Positions 10,225 to 20,057 of a stretch of DNA of 64,000 bases are shown in pieces. The position numbers were made by a program, and so were the translations under genes. Location: positions 28,901 through 92,900 of IMG/VR virus record IMGVR_UViG_3300042472_000301, one strand, 5' to 3'. This DNA comes from a virus. The first letter of the stretch is position 1; every line of letters begins with the position of its first letter. The notes under the pieces were generated by a model. It was not told the origin of the DNA, made no database searches, and saw only the letters and a list, made by a program, of their open reading frames with translations.

Positions 10225-10269
10225 TAAAATGTCAAATCAAGCGCTTTGTGATAAAACGCTCTCAAAATT
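10225..10269 (+). promoter_or_regulatory. putative late promoter/leader element
   Basis: TAAAAT, ATCAAG, hairpin around TTTGTGATAAA, then CAAAATT; same order as 51293-51344. Confidence 0.4.
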
Positions 10270-10287
10270 ACTTTTGTGGGTGGCGCT

Positions 10288-10917
10288 ATGACCGCGAGCT
10301 TTGTTCTAACTTACGACAACTTAGTCACAACGATCGAGCAGTACCTCGAGCGTAATGACGCCGCCGTTGTCTCTCAGATCCCTGTATTTATCACGCTAGC
10401 TGAGTTTGAGATTGCTCAGCAGATCAAGACGCTCGGTCAGATCGAGGTTGCGCAAGGCGTGATGTCAATCGGCAACCCGATCATTCAGAAGCCCGCTCGT
10501 TGGCGCAAGACCGTGTCAATGTCGGTCACCTCGGGCGGTGAGAAGACGCCCGTTTTCTTACGCAAGTACGAGTACCTGACCAACTACAGCGCGGAGAGCG
10601 CGAACGGTCTGCCCCTGTACTACGCGGATTACAACTACGACAACTGGTTCGTGTCGCCTACGCCCGATCAGGCGTACACGTTTGAGGTGCTTATTTATCA
10701 GCGCCTACAGCCCCTGTCCTCAACAAATCAGACCAACTGGATCACAAACAACGCCCCCAACGCAATGCTCTTCGGGGCGCTCTTGCAGGCTGTGATCTAC
10801 CTAAAAGACGACGCACGTCAGATATTCCAACAGAAGTACGACATGGCAATGCAGGCGCTTAAAGTCGAGGACGTGACCCGCGTGGGTGACCGCTCAGCAA
10901 TCGCTGTGGACTCTTAG
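10288..10917 (+). CDS. head-tail adaptor protein
   Basis: TYDNL...YLER.D...IPVFITLAE...PTPDQAY..E..Y...NW..NAP.A.LFGAL, typical podophage adaptor pattern. Confidence 0.7.
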   Translation: MTASFVLTYDNLVTTIEQYLERNDAAVVSQIPVFITLAEFEIAQQIKTLGQIEVAQGVMSIGNPIIQKPARWRKTVSMSVTSGGEKTPVFLRKYEYLTNYSAESANGLPLYYADYNYDNWFVSPTPDQAYTFEVLIYQRLQPLSSTNQTNWITNNAPNAMLFGALLQAVIYLKDDARQIFQQKYDMAMQALKVEDVTRVGDRSAIAVDS

Positions 10918-10925
10918 AGGTAACT

Positions 10926-12152
10926 ATGACCAACACCTACGTCAACCCGATCACGGGACAGACAATCAACCCGAGTCAGATCGGCTACGAAGCACTGACG
11001 ATCTCGGCAGACACGGAGCTCGACTGGCCAATCAACGGCACGACAAGCACAGACGTTGTTGCCGCAATCATTCAGGTCACCGCAACCGTGGGCAGCTTAA
11101 AGCTGTACCTGCCCTCTGCGCTGCAGGTGAGCACGGGTCAGAGCGTGCTGATTCAGAACATTGGCGCAATCACCTTTACGGTCACGGATATCTCAGGCAA
11201 CACAATTGTTTCAATTGCCTCGGGTATCGCTCAGTACATCTTCTTAACTAATAACACAACAAACAACGGCACTTGGTCTACTGTCACGTTTGGAGCTGGC
11301 ACCTCGTCGGCGAACGCTGCGGCTTTAGCAGGGTACGGTCTGACCGCAATTAGCACGACGCTCAATCAGCAATACGCTGAAAGTTCAATTTTCTCAAACC
11401 TCACATTAAACTCAACTTACCGCGCTCAGTTCTTAGTTTGGTCAAGCGGCGTGGGCACGATCACGCTGCCCACAGCGTCTACGGTCGGTAACGGTTGGTT
11501 TGTCATGGTGCGCAACGGCGGCACAGGCATCCTGACGCTTACCCCAAGCGGCACAGACACGATAGACGCAGCAGCTACGCAGCAACTTCAATTGACTGAG
11601 TCGTTGGTCATCGTCTCAAACGGCATTAATGGCTACTCTACGTTTGCCTACGGGCGCTCAAACACGTTCGCTTATACCCAGTTAGCCAAGGTCGTCACGG
11701 GAGGCACCACGACCCTCACGGCTGTTGAGTACGCCAACGTCGTGCAGGGTTACTCAGGGGCTTTGCTTTCAAACCAGATTGTCGTGCTGCCTTCAACCGT
11801 TCAGATTTATTACCTGAACAACCAGACGACTGGCTCGTTCTCGCTCACGTTCAAGACCTCAGCCGTCAGCGCAGCGACGGTTACTGTGCCTCAAGGTCAG
11901 ACCTTGACTGTGGTCTGTGACGGCACAAACGTCTACAACTCGTCGAGCGCCTCTGGCGGCACGGTCACGACGCTCACGATTAACTCAGGCTCGGCTGCTG
12001 CGCCCTCGTTGAACTTTACAGGCAACACGAACACGGGCATGTACCAACCTGCAACGAATCAGGTAGGCTTTGCTCTGAACGGCGCAAACGCACTCACGCT
12101 CACCACGTCCGGTTTGTTCGTGCCTGCAGGTGTTTCGGGAGGCGCGTTTTGA
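10926..12152 (+). CDS. tail structural protein
   Basis: Thr/Ser-rich beta protein between adaptor and nozzle; C-terminal GSAAAPSLNF..NTNTGMY and VSGGAF. Confidence 0.6.
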   Translation: MTNTYVNPITGQTINPSQIGYEALTISADTELDWPINGTTSTDVVAAIIQVTATVGSLKLYLPSALQVSTGQSVLIQNIGAITFTVTDISGNTIVSIASGIAQYIFLTNNTTNNGTWSTVTFGAGTSSANAAALAGYGLTAISTTLNQQYAESSIFSNLTLNSTYRAQFLVWSSGVGTITLPTASTVGNGWFVMVRNGGTGILTLTPSGTDTIDAAATQQLQLTESLVIVSNGINGYSTFAYGRSNTFAYTQLAKVVTGGTTTLTAVEYANVVQGYSGALLSNQIVVLPSTVQIYYLNNQTTGSFSLTFKTSAVSAATVTVPQGQTLTVVCDGTNVYNSSSASGGTVTTLTINSGSAAAPSLNFTGNTNTGMYQPATNQVGFALNGANALTLTTSGLFVPAGVSGGAF

Positions 12153-14173
12153 CAGCAAAAGTTATCTCGCTCAACATCAAGCCGGGCATCCAGCGCGATG
12201 GCACGCAGTTTGATGCGCCTGTCTATGTGGACGGCAAGTGGGTGCGCTTTCAACGCGGTCGCCCGCGTAAGGTAGGCGGCTACCGAGGGATTTTTCAGAA
12301 CGCCTCAGGCATTAGTCGCGGCATGATCATGAGTTCAGAGGATGGCCTGAACTACGTCTACTCAGGTTGGAGTGGCGGTCTACAAGAGTGGGTCACGGAT
12401 GATGACGACGGCGTGGGCTCGGGTCCGACCAACATTCAATTTTCTGGTGCTATTTTAACGATACCTACTTTGGTGGGTGGTAGTGCATACACAAACGGTA
12501 CTTATTCTGGTGTTTCACTAACTGGAGGCTCAGGCTCTGGTGCTATTGCGGATATCACAGTTGCAGGGGCTGTCGTTACCGTGGTGACGTTGGTTTCAGG
12601 CGGTATTGGTTATTTGGCTGGTGATGTACTCAGTGCTCCTGCAGCAAGCATTGGCGGCACTGGTACTGGATTTTCTGTTACCGTCGCCACTGTTGCTTCA
12701 AGTTTTACCGCAAACGCAAACAATCTCTGGCAGTTTGACATTGGCTTTGACTCAGGTGGCTCGGGCAATCAGACGATTGTGGCGCATCCGGGTCTAAATC
12801 TCGTGCACATTGACAACACGCTCAACACGCCAGTATTGATCGGTAACTTCCCAACAGGCGCGATGAGTCAGGTCGGCGTCTTCACGGCTGCTGGCACGAT
12901 GGTGATCGGTCCGCCTAGCGTGTTCACGATCGCCTCAGTCAACGCACTCATCGCAGTCGGTCAGACGGTGACAGGTACAGGTGTGCCTGCCAACACAACA
13001 GTGAGCATCGTGGCTGTGGGCGCGAGCACCACGACTGTGACGCTCTCAAACACGGTCTCAACGTCAGGCGCTTTGACGTTGACTTTTAACAACAACATCA
13101 GCGTGTCTGGTGGCTGCGTCATGCTGCACCCGTACCTCTTTGTGTACGGCAACAACGGGCTGATTAAGAACTGCTCAGCGGGTAACTTTCAAGACTGGGT
13201 CTCGGCTGACTCAAACGAAAACACTGTCTCTGCGGGCAAGATCGTCAAGGGTTTGCCCGTCAGGGGCGGCACGACTGCGCCATCAGGGCTCTTCTGGTCG
13301 CTTGACTCGCTTATTCGCGTGAGCTACGCGCCTACAACTGTGGGCGCGAGCACGATCTACTGGCGCTACGACATCGTGACGAGCCAGAGCTCAATCCTGT
13401 CGTCATCAAGCGTGATTGAGTACGACGGGCTGTTCTTTTGGTGCGGCGTAGATCGCTTCTTAATGTACAACGGCGTTGTGAGCGAGGTTGCTAACAACAC
13501 GAACATCAACTACTTCTTTGACAACGTCAACTACGCGCAACGTCAGAAAGTCTGGGCGACGAAGATACCCCGTTGGGGCGAAGTCTGGTGGTTTTACCCC
13601 AAGGGTGACGCCACGGAGTGCACGGACGCAATCATCTATAACGTGCGCGACAAGATTTGGTACGACGCGGGCGAGGCTCTAGGCGCTCGTCGCGCTGCAG
13701 GCACGTTTTCTGAGGTGTTTCGTCGCCCGATCTGGGCAGGCACCGAGACTAATGACTCGGGCACCTACACGCTCTGGCAGCACGAGACGGGCACGAACCT
13801 TGTGAATTTGAGTCAGCAAAGCGCGATTCAGAGTTACTTTGAGACGGACAGCATTGGCTGGGTCAACGGTGGTCCAAACCAAAACGACGCTGTGGGTATG
13901 AACAACTACATCAGGCTCGAGCGCGTTGAGCCCGACTTTATACAGTCCGAGGACATGAACCTGTACGTCACAGGCAAGGGCTACGCATCTGACGTGGATC
14001 AGGTGAGCGCGGCTTACGTGTTCTCGCCCACGACGCTCAAGATTGACTTGCGCGAGCAACGCCGAGAGATGCGCTTGCGCTTTGAGAGCAACGTGGTCAA
14101 CGGCAACTACGAGTGCGGTCTGAACCTGCTCTCAGCAGACGTGGGCGACATGCGCAGCACAGGCAACCCGTAA
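12149..14173 (+). CDS. tail nozzle / tail tubular protein
   Basis: PGIQRDGT, WVRFQRGRPRK.GG, propeller-like pattern, EVWWFYP; carries beta-rich insertions. Confidence 0.7.
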   Translation: MTAKVISLNIKPGIQRDGTQFDAPVYVDGKWVRFQRGRPRKVGGYRGIFQNASGISRGMIMSSEDGLNYVYSGWSGGLQEWVTDDDDGVGSGPTNIQFSGAILTIPTLVGGSAYTNGTYSGVSLTGGSGSGAIADITVAGAVVTVVTLVSGGIGYLAGDVLSAPAASIGGTGTGFSVTVATVASSFTANANNLWQFDIGFDSGGSGNQTIVAHPGLNLVHIDNTLNTPVLIGNFPTGAMSQVGVFTAAGTMVIGPPSVFTIASVNALIAVGQTVTGTGVPANTTVSIVAVGASTTTVTLSNTVSTSGALTLTFNNNISVSGGCVMLHPYLFVYGNNGLIKNCSAGNFQDWVSADSNENTVSAGKIVKGLPVRGGTTAPSGLFWSLDSLIRVSYAPTTVGASTIYWRYDIVTSQSSILSSSSVIEYDGLFFWCGVDRFLMYNGVVSEVANNTNINYFFDNVNYAQRQKVWATKIPRWGEVWWFYPKGDATECTDAIIYNVRDKIWYDAGEALGARRAAGTFSEVFRRPIWAGTETNDSGTYTLWQHETGTNLVNLSQQSAIQSYFETDSIGWVNGGPNQNDAVGMNNYIRLERVEPDFIQSEDMNLYVTGKGYASDVDQVSAAYVFSPTTLKIDLREQRREMRLRFESNVVNGNYECGLNLLSADVGDMRSTGNP

Positions 14174-14406
14174 TGGTGACCTATGATCCTCGCGGCCACA
14201 CTTGGGACTCATGGTGCTCGCTCATGAATGAGCTGTTTGCGCCACAACAACTAGGCGTTGTCACCGAGGACAAGTGGCGCGAGTGGGCAGACGGCATGTC
14301 AGGTAACGGTTACTTCATGAGTTCAAACATACCCGACAGCCGCAGCTTTGCTGATTGGCCAGACTGGGCGGCTTCACTTGTTGGCATTATGAGCATACAG
14401 CCATGA
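14173..14406 (+). CDS. small Trp-rich tail protein
   Basis: ATG overlaps the nozzle TAA; DPRGHTW..W...F.DW.DWA. Confidence 0.6.
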   Translation: MVTYDPRGHTWDSWCSLMNELFAPQQLGVVTEDKWREWADGMSGNGYFMSSNIPDSRSFADWPDWAASLVGIMSIQP

Positions 14407-17400
14407 AGTACGCATTAGACAAAATGTTGCCGTTGAGAGCTTTTCAAGGGCGCGGTACGCCTATTGGCGGACGTGGTCTACGGTTATATGGTGATGGCGG
14501 TTACACTTCAGGCAATTACGACCCTAATTGGCTTGACAATACATTTCCAGAACCTGCTCCCTCTTATCAAGCCCCTGCCGACGCTGCGCCTGCGCCTGCT
14601 CCTGCCAATCAGTGGCAGCAAACGGTTAGCGACATCTATCAGCAAGAGTTTGGCAGAGCCCCTGACGCGAGCGGCATGGAGTCATTTAGCGCTGCGTTAA
14701 ATTCGGGCATGACGGGCGAGCAGATGCGTGAGACGCTCAGATCGAGCGCTGAAGGTCAGTCTTACGGTTTGTCACCAGACACGGGCGGTGGCGCGTTACC
14801 GACTGCCCTTACCCCAACCGAAGACTGGCAGTATCAGCCAGAGTCCTACGCCGAGTTCACAAACGCTTACTCTGCACCCTATTATTTGGACGTAAACAGT
14901 GGCGAAAGACAGGACGTAGCGCCTGTTCAGTATTCAGGTATTAACCTAGTTGACCCAAACACCTTGGCGCAGCATTTAGCACCAAACTTTGAAGGCACGC
15001 CAACGCAGTTTTACGACGAGCAAGGCAACTTGAAGGGCGTCCTAGTTGACACGGTTCGTGCGGGGTTGGGTACACGAGAAGGTGAGTTAATTCTTGACCC
15101 AATGTCCCTTGGACTGGCACTTAAACCGAACGAGACAGCATCGCTTGACAGCAAAATTCAGCAGCGCAACGAGCAGGGTCAGTTGTTGTTTGTTGACCCT
15201 TTGACGGGTGGCACAACAATCTATAACACTGGTGTGCCTGCTGAAACTGGCAGCACGGTTAAAGATCTGCTGTACATAAACGAAAGAAAGTACGGCGGCC
15301 AGATTCCTGCCGATATGGCGCAAGGTGCGTTACTACTTGCCGCTACGATGGCCACAGGCGGCGTTGGTGGCGCGTTGATGAACGCCGCAGGATTTGGTGC
15401 AGGGGCGGGTCTAACTGCAGCAGAAGCAGCTACTTTAATGGGCGGCACTCTTTCTGAAGCAGGCGCTGCAGCAACTATGGGCGGTCAACTCGCCTCTCAA
15501 GGCATCAACTGGGGCGCTGCTGCAACGCAGGCCGCAAAGACCGCTGCAATCAACGCCGCAGTTACCGCTGCACAAGGCGGCAACGTTGGCGACGTGCTAA
15601 AGGCAGGCGCTTTGGGTGCCGTTGCAGGTGGCGCAGGCGTTGCAGGCGCTGACTTGTTAGGCGGTGGCACACTTGCTCAGATTGGCACCCAGACTGCGAT
15701 TGCAACGGCAATTGCTGCCGCAAGGGGTCAAGATCCGCTCCAAGCAGCGCTGAGCGGTGCCATCACGGCAACGCTTTCAACCGTTATCCCTGCAGGCACA
15801 TCAGACGTATTGAACGGTGCGGGCATTACAGACCCTAGCATTCAGAAAGCAATTAACTCGGCGATTTCTAGCTCTGTTGTTGCGGCCGTCAGAGGCGGCG
15901 ATATTGGCACGGCTGCAATCATGGGCGCGGTCAACTCAGCGTTGACAAGCGTTGCGGGCATGATCGGCAACAGCCAAGTCGTGCAGGACATTAAAGCCAA
16001 CATCACAAACGCACTCACATCAACCATTGACTCAGTCAAGTACGAGATAGGCGCAACAAACGCTCAGGCGCTGCCTATTGAGGGGTCAAACAGGTCGCCC
16101 GTTGGCACTGAATTAGACACAGCGCCTTATGATGCAGATGCAGAGCTTGATAGAGTTATTCAGAACCTGCCTAGCAGCGCCTCGGGCGTTGAGTACATAT
16201 CTGCTGCGCCCCCTTTAGTGCAACAGGCAATCAATCAGAACACAAGCAATCCAGAGGATTTAAATCAGTTCTTTGCTAACTACACACCTAACGTTGGTGC
16301 GCCCTTAGGCACTTATGCCGGCGCTGTGACGAGTGATGTAAACCCGCCTGCCTTATCCTCTGGCGATGACTACATATATTACCGAGATGCTCAAGGCAAC
16401 GAGGTGTACGGACCAAGGAGCATGGCTCCTAGCACCGATACCACCGCGGGCAGCTTCTTAGGCGAGTACGGTGACTTAGCGCCGGCACAGAGTAGATTGG
16501 CGACTTTTGGCCAAGGCGTTGCCTCGGCTTTAGACAACACAGTGGGCGCTATCATACCTAGCGTTGCCCAGATGGCGTCTTACCTTGGTCTGCGAACGGG
16601 CGACCAAATAGCCCAACTGACTGCGTCTATGATTGGCAAGGACTACCAAGCCAACCCAGAGCTGATGCGTGAAATATCGAACAGGGTAGCCGAGGCGCTT
16701 AGTAACCCGTTTGGTAAGGCGTTTGGCGTAACTAACACCTCGGGCTACACGAGCGAGGCAAGCGGTCAAGCCCTACGTTTTATCAGCGAGAACTTAGATA
16801 AGGGCGCTGATTATTTGGCTGAGAAGACAGGCTTGCCCGCGGGCGATATCCGGTTAATAACAGACTCTATTTTGATGCGCCCCGGTACCGCCCTATCTAC
16901 GGTTAGAGAGGCCGGTGCGGCCGTCAAAGACGTTGGTCGTGGCTACGCTGATGCAGCCACAGGCGTTGTGAACGAAAGCCCCACAGGCGCTTACAACTTA
17001 GGCGCTACCGTTGCTGACTTGACTCGAGCGCCAGACACTAGCTTGATGCGTGGTGATCCCCCTACAAGAAACATCAACCTCGGTGAGATCATTGACGAGG
17101 CACCATCTTATGTAAGCCCTGAGAGGTTGTCAGCACCTGCGCCTGCTTTGGGTTATACACCAGCCGAAGTGGTTGCACCGTCTAGAGACGTTGCAAGCAT
17201 TTTTAATGACGCATTTGATGCGGCTGATCGTATTCCGACTTACGACGTACCTGAGGTATCAAGAGCCGCGCCTGTCACGCAGCTTGCGCCTGAGTCTCGT
17301 GGTGCGTTACCTACAACGCTTGCAGAGCCCACAGTTAGTCCAATAAACTTAGGCCCACGGCTCGATGCAAACTCGTTGGCAACCATCACCGAGCTCAAGA

Positions 17401-18884
17401 GCGTTATTGATCAAAGCAGAGACGGTCGCGCTGAGCCGCAACGGCAGGCTGAGAAGTCGTTGATTGACACTACGGTTAAGACTTACGCGCCAGAGGGCGT
17501 TAAGCCGTCTGTTATAGATTTTTGGAATAAAACGTTTACTGAGGGTGCGTACTCTGACGACGTTATTGACGGTATTAAAAACACCTTTGATAATAAAGCC
17601 GCCCCACCAGAGGTCATCTTAAAGCAGGTTGATAAAGCTACTGACCCGCTTAGCGCTGACGAGAAACTACCCGCTAAGCTAGAGATGCTCAGTAACGCAT
17701 CCAAGCTCGGTATCACGCCCGCTGAGGCGATTAAGCTTGGGTTGCTAAATAACAACGGCACAAAGACTGAGCTAGGCGAGATGGTTTCGCCTACGCCTAA
17801 ACCGCAGCCTAAGCCACAACCTAAACCTCAACCAGAGTCTGTGGCACCGCTCAGGCCAGTCAGGCCAGTGCTGCCAGTTAAGCCTGTTCTGCCGCCTAAC
17901 CCACCGCCGCCAGCTGTCTATCCACCGCCGAGCGTCAACCCGCCTATACCAACACCGCCAAGCGTCATCCCACCGATTGACGTAGTACCCCCAATCAATA
18001 TAAACCCACCTATCCCAACCCCACCACCCTTGGTTCAGGCAGCGATCACGCCACCTACGGTTGCGCCTAAAGCATCAGCACAGGGCGCTGCGATGACTCC
18101 ATCGTATATGTACGCAGGTGCTCAAGGCTCGGGTCCGGGGGCGTTGCCCGGTAACTTACAAAGTACATTCTTGCAAGGTGTGAACGTGAACGAATACAAC
18201 CCATTTGAGAACTACAACGTCTATCAGCAACTAGGCTCACCAGCGCCTGTACGCGCCGCTGAGGGTGGTAGCCCGCTACAGCTTGCGCAGATGCAACAAA
18301 GCGTCTCTGGGGTTGATCCAAGACTCTACAGCGTGCTGCAAAAACGCCAAGCACCTAACTACTTCACCTACGGTCAAGATGCGTCTGGCGGCAATCCTAC
18401 GACGTTTGCGGGTAGCCAATTGATGGGCAAGCCAACACCCGGCATCCCAGTGATCCCCACGGGTCAAAAAGCAGCAGCCGACTGGCTCTACCAAGGCTCG
18501 GGCACCAACCCTCTTGCAATGGCTGGTACAGGAATTGCCAACCTACCCACTGGCATGATGGCAGAGGGTGGGCAGGCTCATGGCGGCGAGGACGAGCATA
18601 TTCCTGAGTTCATCACGGGTGCGACTGGGCACTACGTCAGGGGGCGCGGCGACGGGCAGTCAGACGACATCCCCGCAATGTTGGCAGACGGCGAGTACGT
18701 CTTTGACGCATCGACCGTGTCAACGCTTGGCAATGGCTCATCTGACGCAGGCGCTAAGCTCCTAGACGCGTTTCGCGAGTCGCTCAGAGATCACACGAGG
18801 TCAGCACCCGCTGATAAAATACCACCAAAAGCGTCGCCTCTTGAGTACATGAAAGAAGCGCTACAAAACGTAGGAAGGAAATAA
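14403..18884 (+). CDS. large internal virion / ejection protein (leader, DUF4214-like repeat, Gly/Ala helices, Pro-rich linker, C-terminal GDGQSDDIPAMLADGEYV domain)
   Basis: ATGA-coupled start at 14403; domain patterns read from the translation. Confidence 0.65.
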   Translation: MKYALDKMLPLRAFQGRGTPIGGRGLRLYGDGGYTSGNYDPNWLDNTFPEPAPSYQAPADAAPAPAPANQWQQTVSDIYQQEFGRAPDASGMESFSAALNSGMTGEQMRETLRSSAEGQSYGLSPDTGGGALPTALTPTEDWQYQPESYAEFTNAYSAPYYLDVNSGERQDVAPVQYSGINLVDPNTLAQHLAPNFEGTPTQFYDEQGNLKGVLVDTVRAGLGTREGELILDPMSLGLALKPNETASLDSKIQQRNEQGQLLFVDPLTGGTTIYNTGVPAETGSTVKDLLYINERKYGGQIPADMAQGALLLAATMATGGVGGALMNAAGFGAGAGLTAAEAATLMGGTLSEAGAAATMGGQLASQGINWGAAATQAAKTAAINAAVTAAQGGNVGDVLKAGALGAVAGGAGVAGADLLGGGTLAQIGTQTAIATAIAAARGQDPLQAALSGAITATLSTVIPAGTSDVLNGAGITDPSIQKAINSAISSSVVAAVRGGDIGTAAIMGAVNSALTSVAGMIGNSQVVQDIKANITNALTSTIDSVKYEIGATNAQALPIEGSNRSPVGTELDTAPYDADAELDRVIQNLPSSASGVEYISAAPPLVQQAINQNTSNPEDLNQFFANYTPNVGAPLGTYAGAVTSDVNPPALSSGDDYIYYRDAQGNEVYGPRSMAPSTDTTAGSFLGEYGDLAPAQSRLATFGQGVASALDNTVGAIIPSVAQMASYLGLRTGDQIAQLTASMIGKDYQANPELMREISNRVAEALSNPFGKAFGVTNTSGYTSEASGQALRFISENLDKGADYLAEKTGLPAGDIRLITDSILMRPGTALSTVREAGAAVKDVGRGYADAATGVVNESPTGAYNLGATVADLTRAPDTSLMRGDPPTRNINLGEIIDEAPSYVSPERLSAPAPALGYTPAEVVAPSRDVASIFNDAFDAADRIPTYDVPEVSRAAPVTQLAPESRGALPTTLAEPTVSPINLGPRLDANSLATITELKSVIDQSRDGRAEPQRQAEKSLIDTTVKTYAPEGVKPSVIDFWNKTFTEGAYSDDVIDGIKNTFDNKAAPPEVILKQVDKATDPLSADEKLPAKLEMLSNASKLGITPAEAIKLGLLNNNGTKTELGEMVSPTPKPQPKPQPKPQPESVAPLRPVRPVLPVKPVLPPNPPPPAVYPPPSVNPPIPTPPSVIPPIDVVPPININPPIPTPPPLVQAAITPPTVAPKASAQGAAMTPSYMYAGAQGSGPGALPGNLQSTFLQGVNVNEYNPFENYNVYQQLGSPAPVRAAEGGSPLQLAQMQQSVSGVDPRLYSVLQKRQAPNYFTYGQDASGGNPTTFAGSQLMGKPTPGIPVIPTGQKAAADWLYQGSGTNPLAMAGTGIANLPTGMMAEGGQAHGGEDEHIPEFITGATGHYVRGRGDGQSDDIPAMLADGEYVFDASTVSTLGNGSSDAGAKLLDAFRESLRDHTRSAPADKIPPKASPLEYMKEALQNVGRK
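17790..18060 (+). repeat. Pro-rich low-complexity coding repeats (PKPQ x3, PV[RLK]P, NPPIPTPP x2)
   Basis: Visible in the translation of 14403..18884. Confidence 0.7.
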
Positions 18885-18886
18885 TC

Positions 18887-20041
18887 ATGGCTGACATTGA
18901 TCTGACAACTTTTGACCCGACGTCTGTGCCAGTCTCCCCACTGACTGCCGCGGCGGCTACTCCTGCGGCACCCACACCGGGCGCAACGTTCAACGCCGCG
19001 ACGGGTCCGAACCTGACCGCTGCGCCGTCAAACTATGTGACCCCGCCTCAGTTGGGCACACCCTCTACGCCATCAAGCGGATCGTTCACGCAGGGTGCGG
19101 CGCTTCCTAGCATCACGACTACGCAGCAGCAGGCTACAGCGGCTCCTGCGTGGTACATGGACTACCTAAACAACTTAGCCGGCACGAGCACCCAAGCTGG
19201 TGCAAACGCTCAGTACATTGGTGCGCAGCCCCTGCAGCAGCAGGCGTTTAATCAGACGGCTGCAAACGTGGGTAACTACCAGCCTAATCTAGCCTCTGCC
19301 AACGCGCTCACGATGAACGCCGCGACGACGGGTGCGCCTGACTTAGCTCAAGGCTACATGAACCCGTACATGCGAAACGTCGTTGATGAGGCAGGTCGCT
19401 TAGGTTTACAAAACATTCGCAACACGATCTCGCCTCAGGCAACTGCTGGTGCGGTGGGTAGCGGTCAGTTTGGCTCGACTCGTGGTGCTAACGTGCTCGG
19501 TCAGAACGTCACTAACGCTCTGCAGACGCTCGGCGGTCAGCAGCAGGGCTTGCTCGCGAGCGGTTACCAGAACGCGCTGACCGCAGCGCAGGCTGATCTG
19601 CAGCGTCAGATGATGGGCGGCTCTCAGATGGGTGCCTTAGGCACCACGACGCAGAACTTGGGCATGGGTGACGTGAACGCGCTCAGCACGATGGGCGGTC
19701 AGCAGCAGCAGATGGCTCAGAACCAGCAGCTGTTCCCGTTGCAGGTTGCAGCGCAGCAAGCAGCTCTGATGAAAGGTTTCACGATTCCGACGTCTGTGTC
19801 GTCTACGTACACAGGTCCAATACCGGGCGCGTATCAGACCTCGCCGCTCATGCAGCTCGGCTCGTTGGGTACAGGCGTTGCTGGCTTGTTTCAGACGCCT
19901 TCAGGCGGTGGTAAAAACACTATTAGCAACATTGGCGATTGGCTGAGCAAGACTTTTGGTAGCAGCGGTGGAGGTGGCGGTAGCGGGTCGTTTGACCCAA
20001 GTACAGCCACAGACATTGGTCAGATATCACCCGGCGATTAA
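18887..20041 (+). CDS. internal virion / ejection protein
   Basis: Gln/Gly/Ala-rich, YMNPY and AVGSGQFGSTRG motifs typical of podophage pilot proteins. Confidence 0.6.
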   Translation: MADIDLTTFDPTSVPVSPLTAAAATPAAPTPGATFNAATGPNLTAAPSNYVTPPQLGTPSTPSSGSFTQGAALPSITTTQQQATAAPAWYMDYLNNLAGTSTQAGANAQYIGAQPLQQQAFNQTAANVGNYQPNLASANALTMNAATTGAPDLAQGYMNPYMRNVVDEAGRLGLQNIRNTISPQATAGAVGSGQFGSTRGANVLGQNVTNALQTLGGQQQGLLASGYQNALTAAQADLQRQMMGGSQMGALGTTTQNLGMGDVNALSTMGGQQQQMAQNQQLFPLQVAAQQAALMKGFTIPTSVSSTYTGPIPGAYQTSPLMQLGSLGTGVAGLFQTPSGGGKNTISNIGDWLSKTFGSSGGGGGSGSFDPSTATDIGQISPGD

Positions 20042-20057
20042 ATTGAAGGAATAAATC

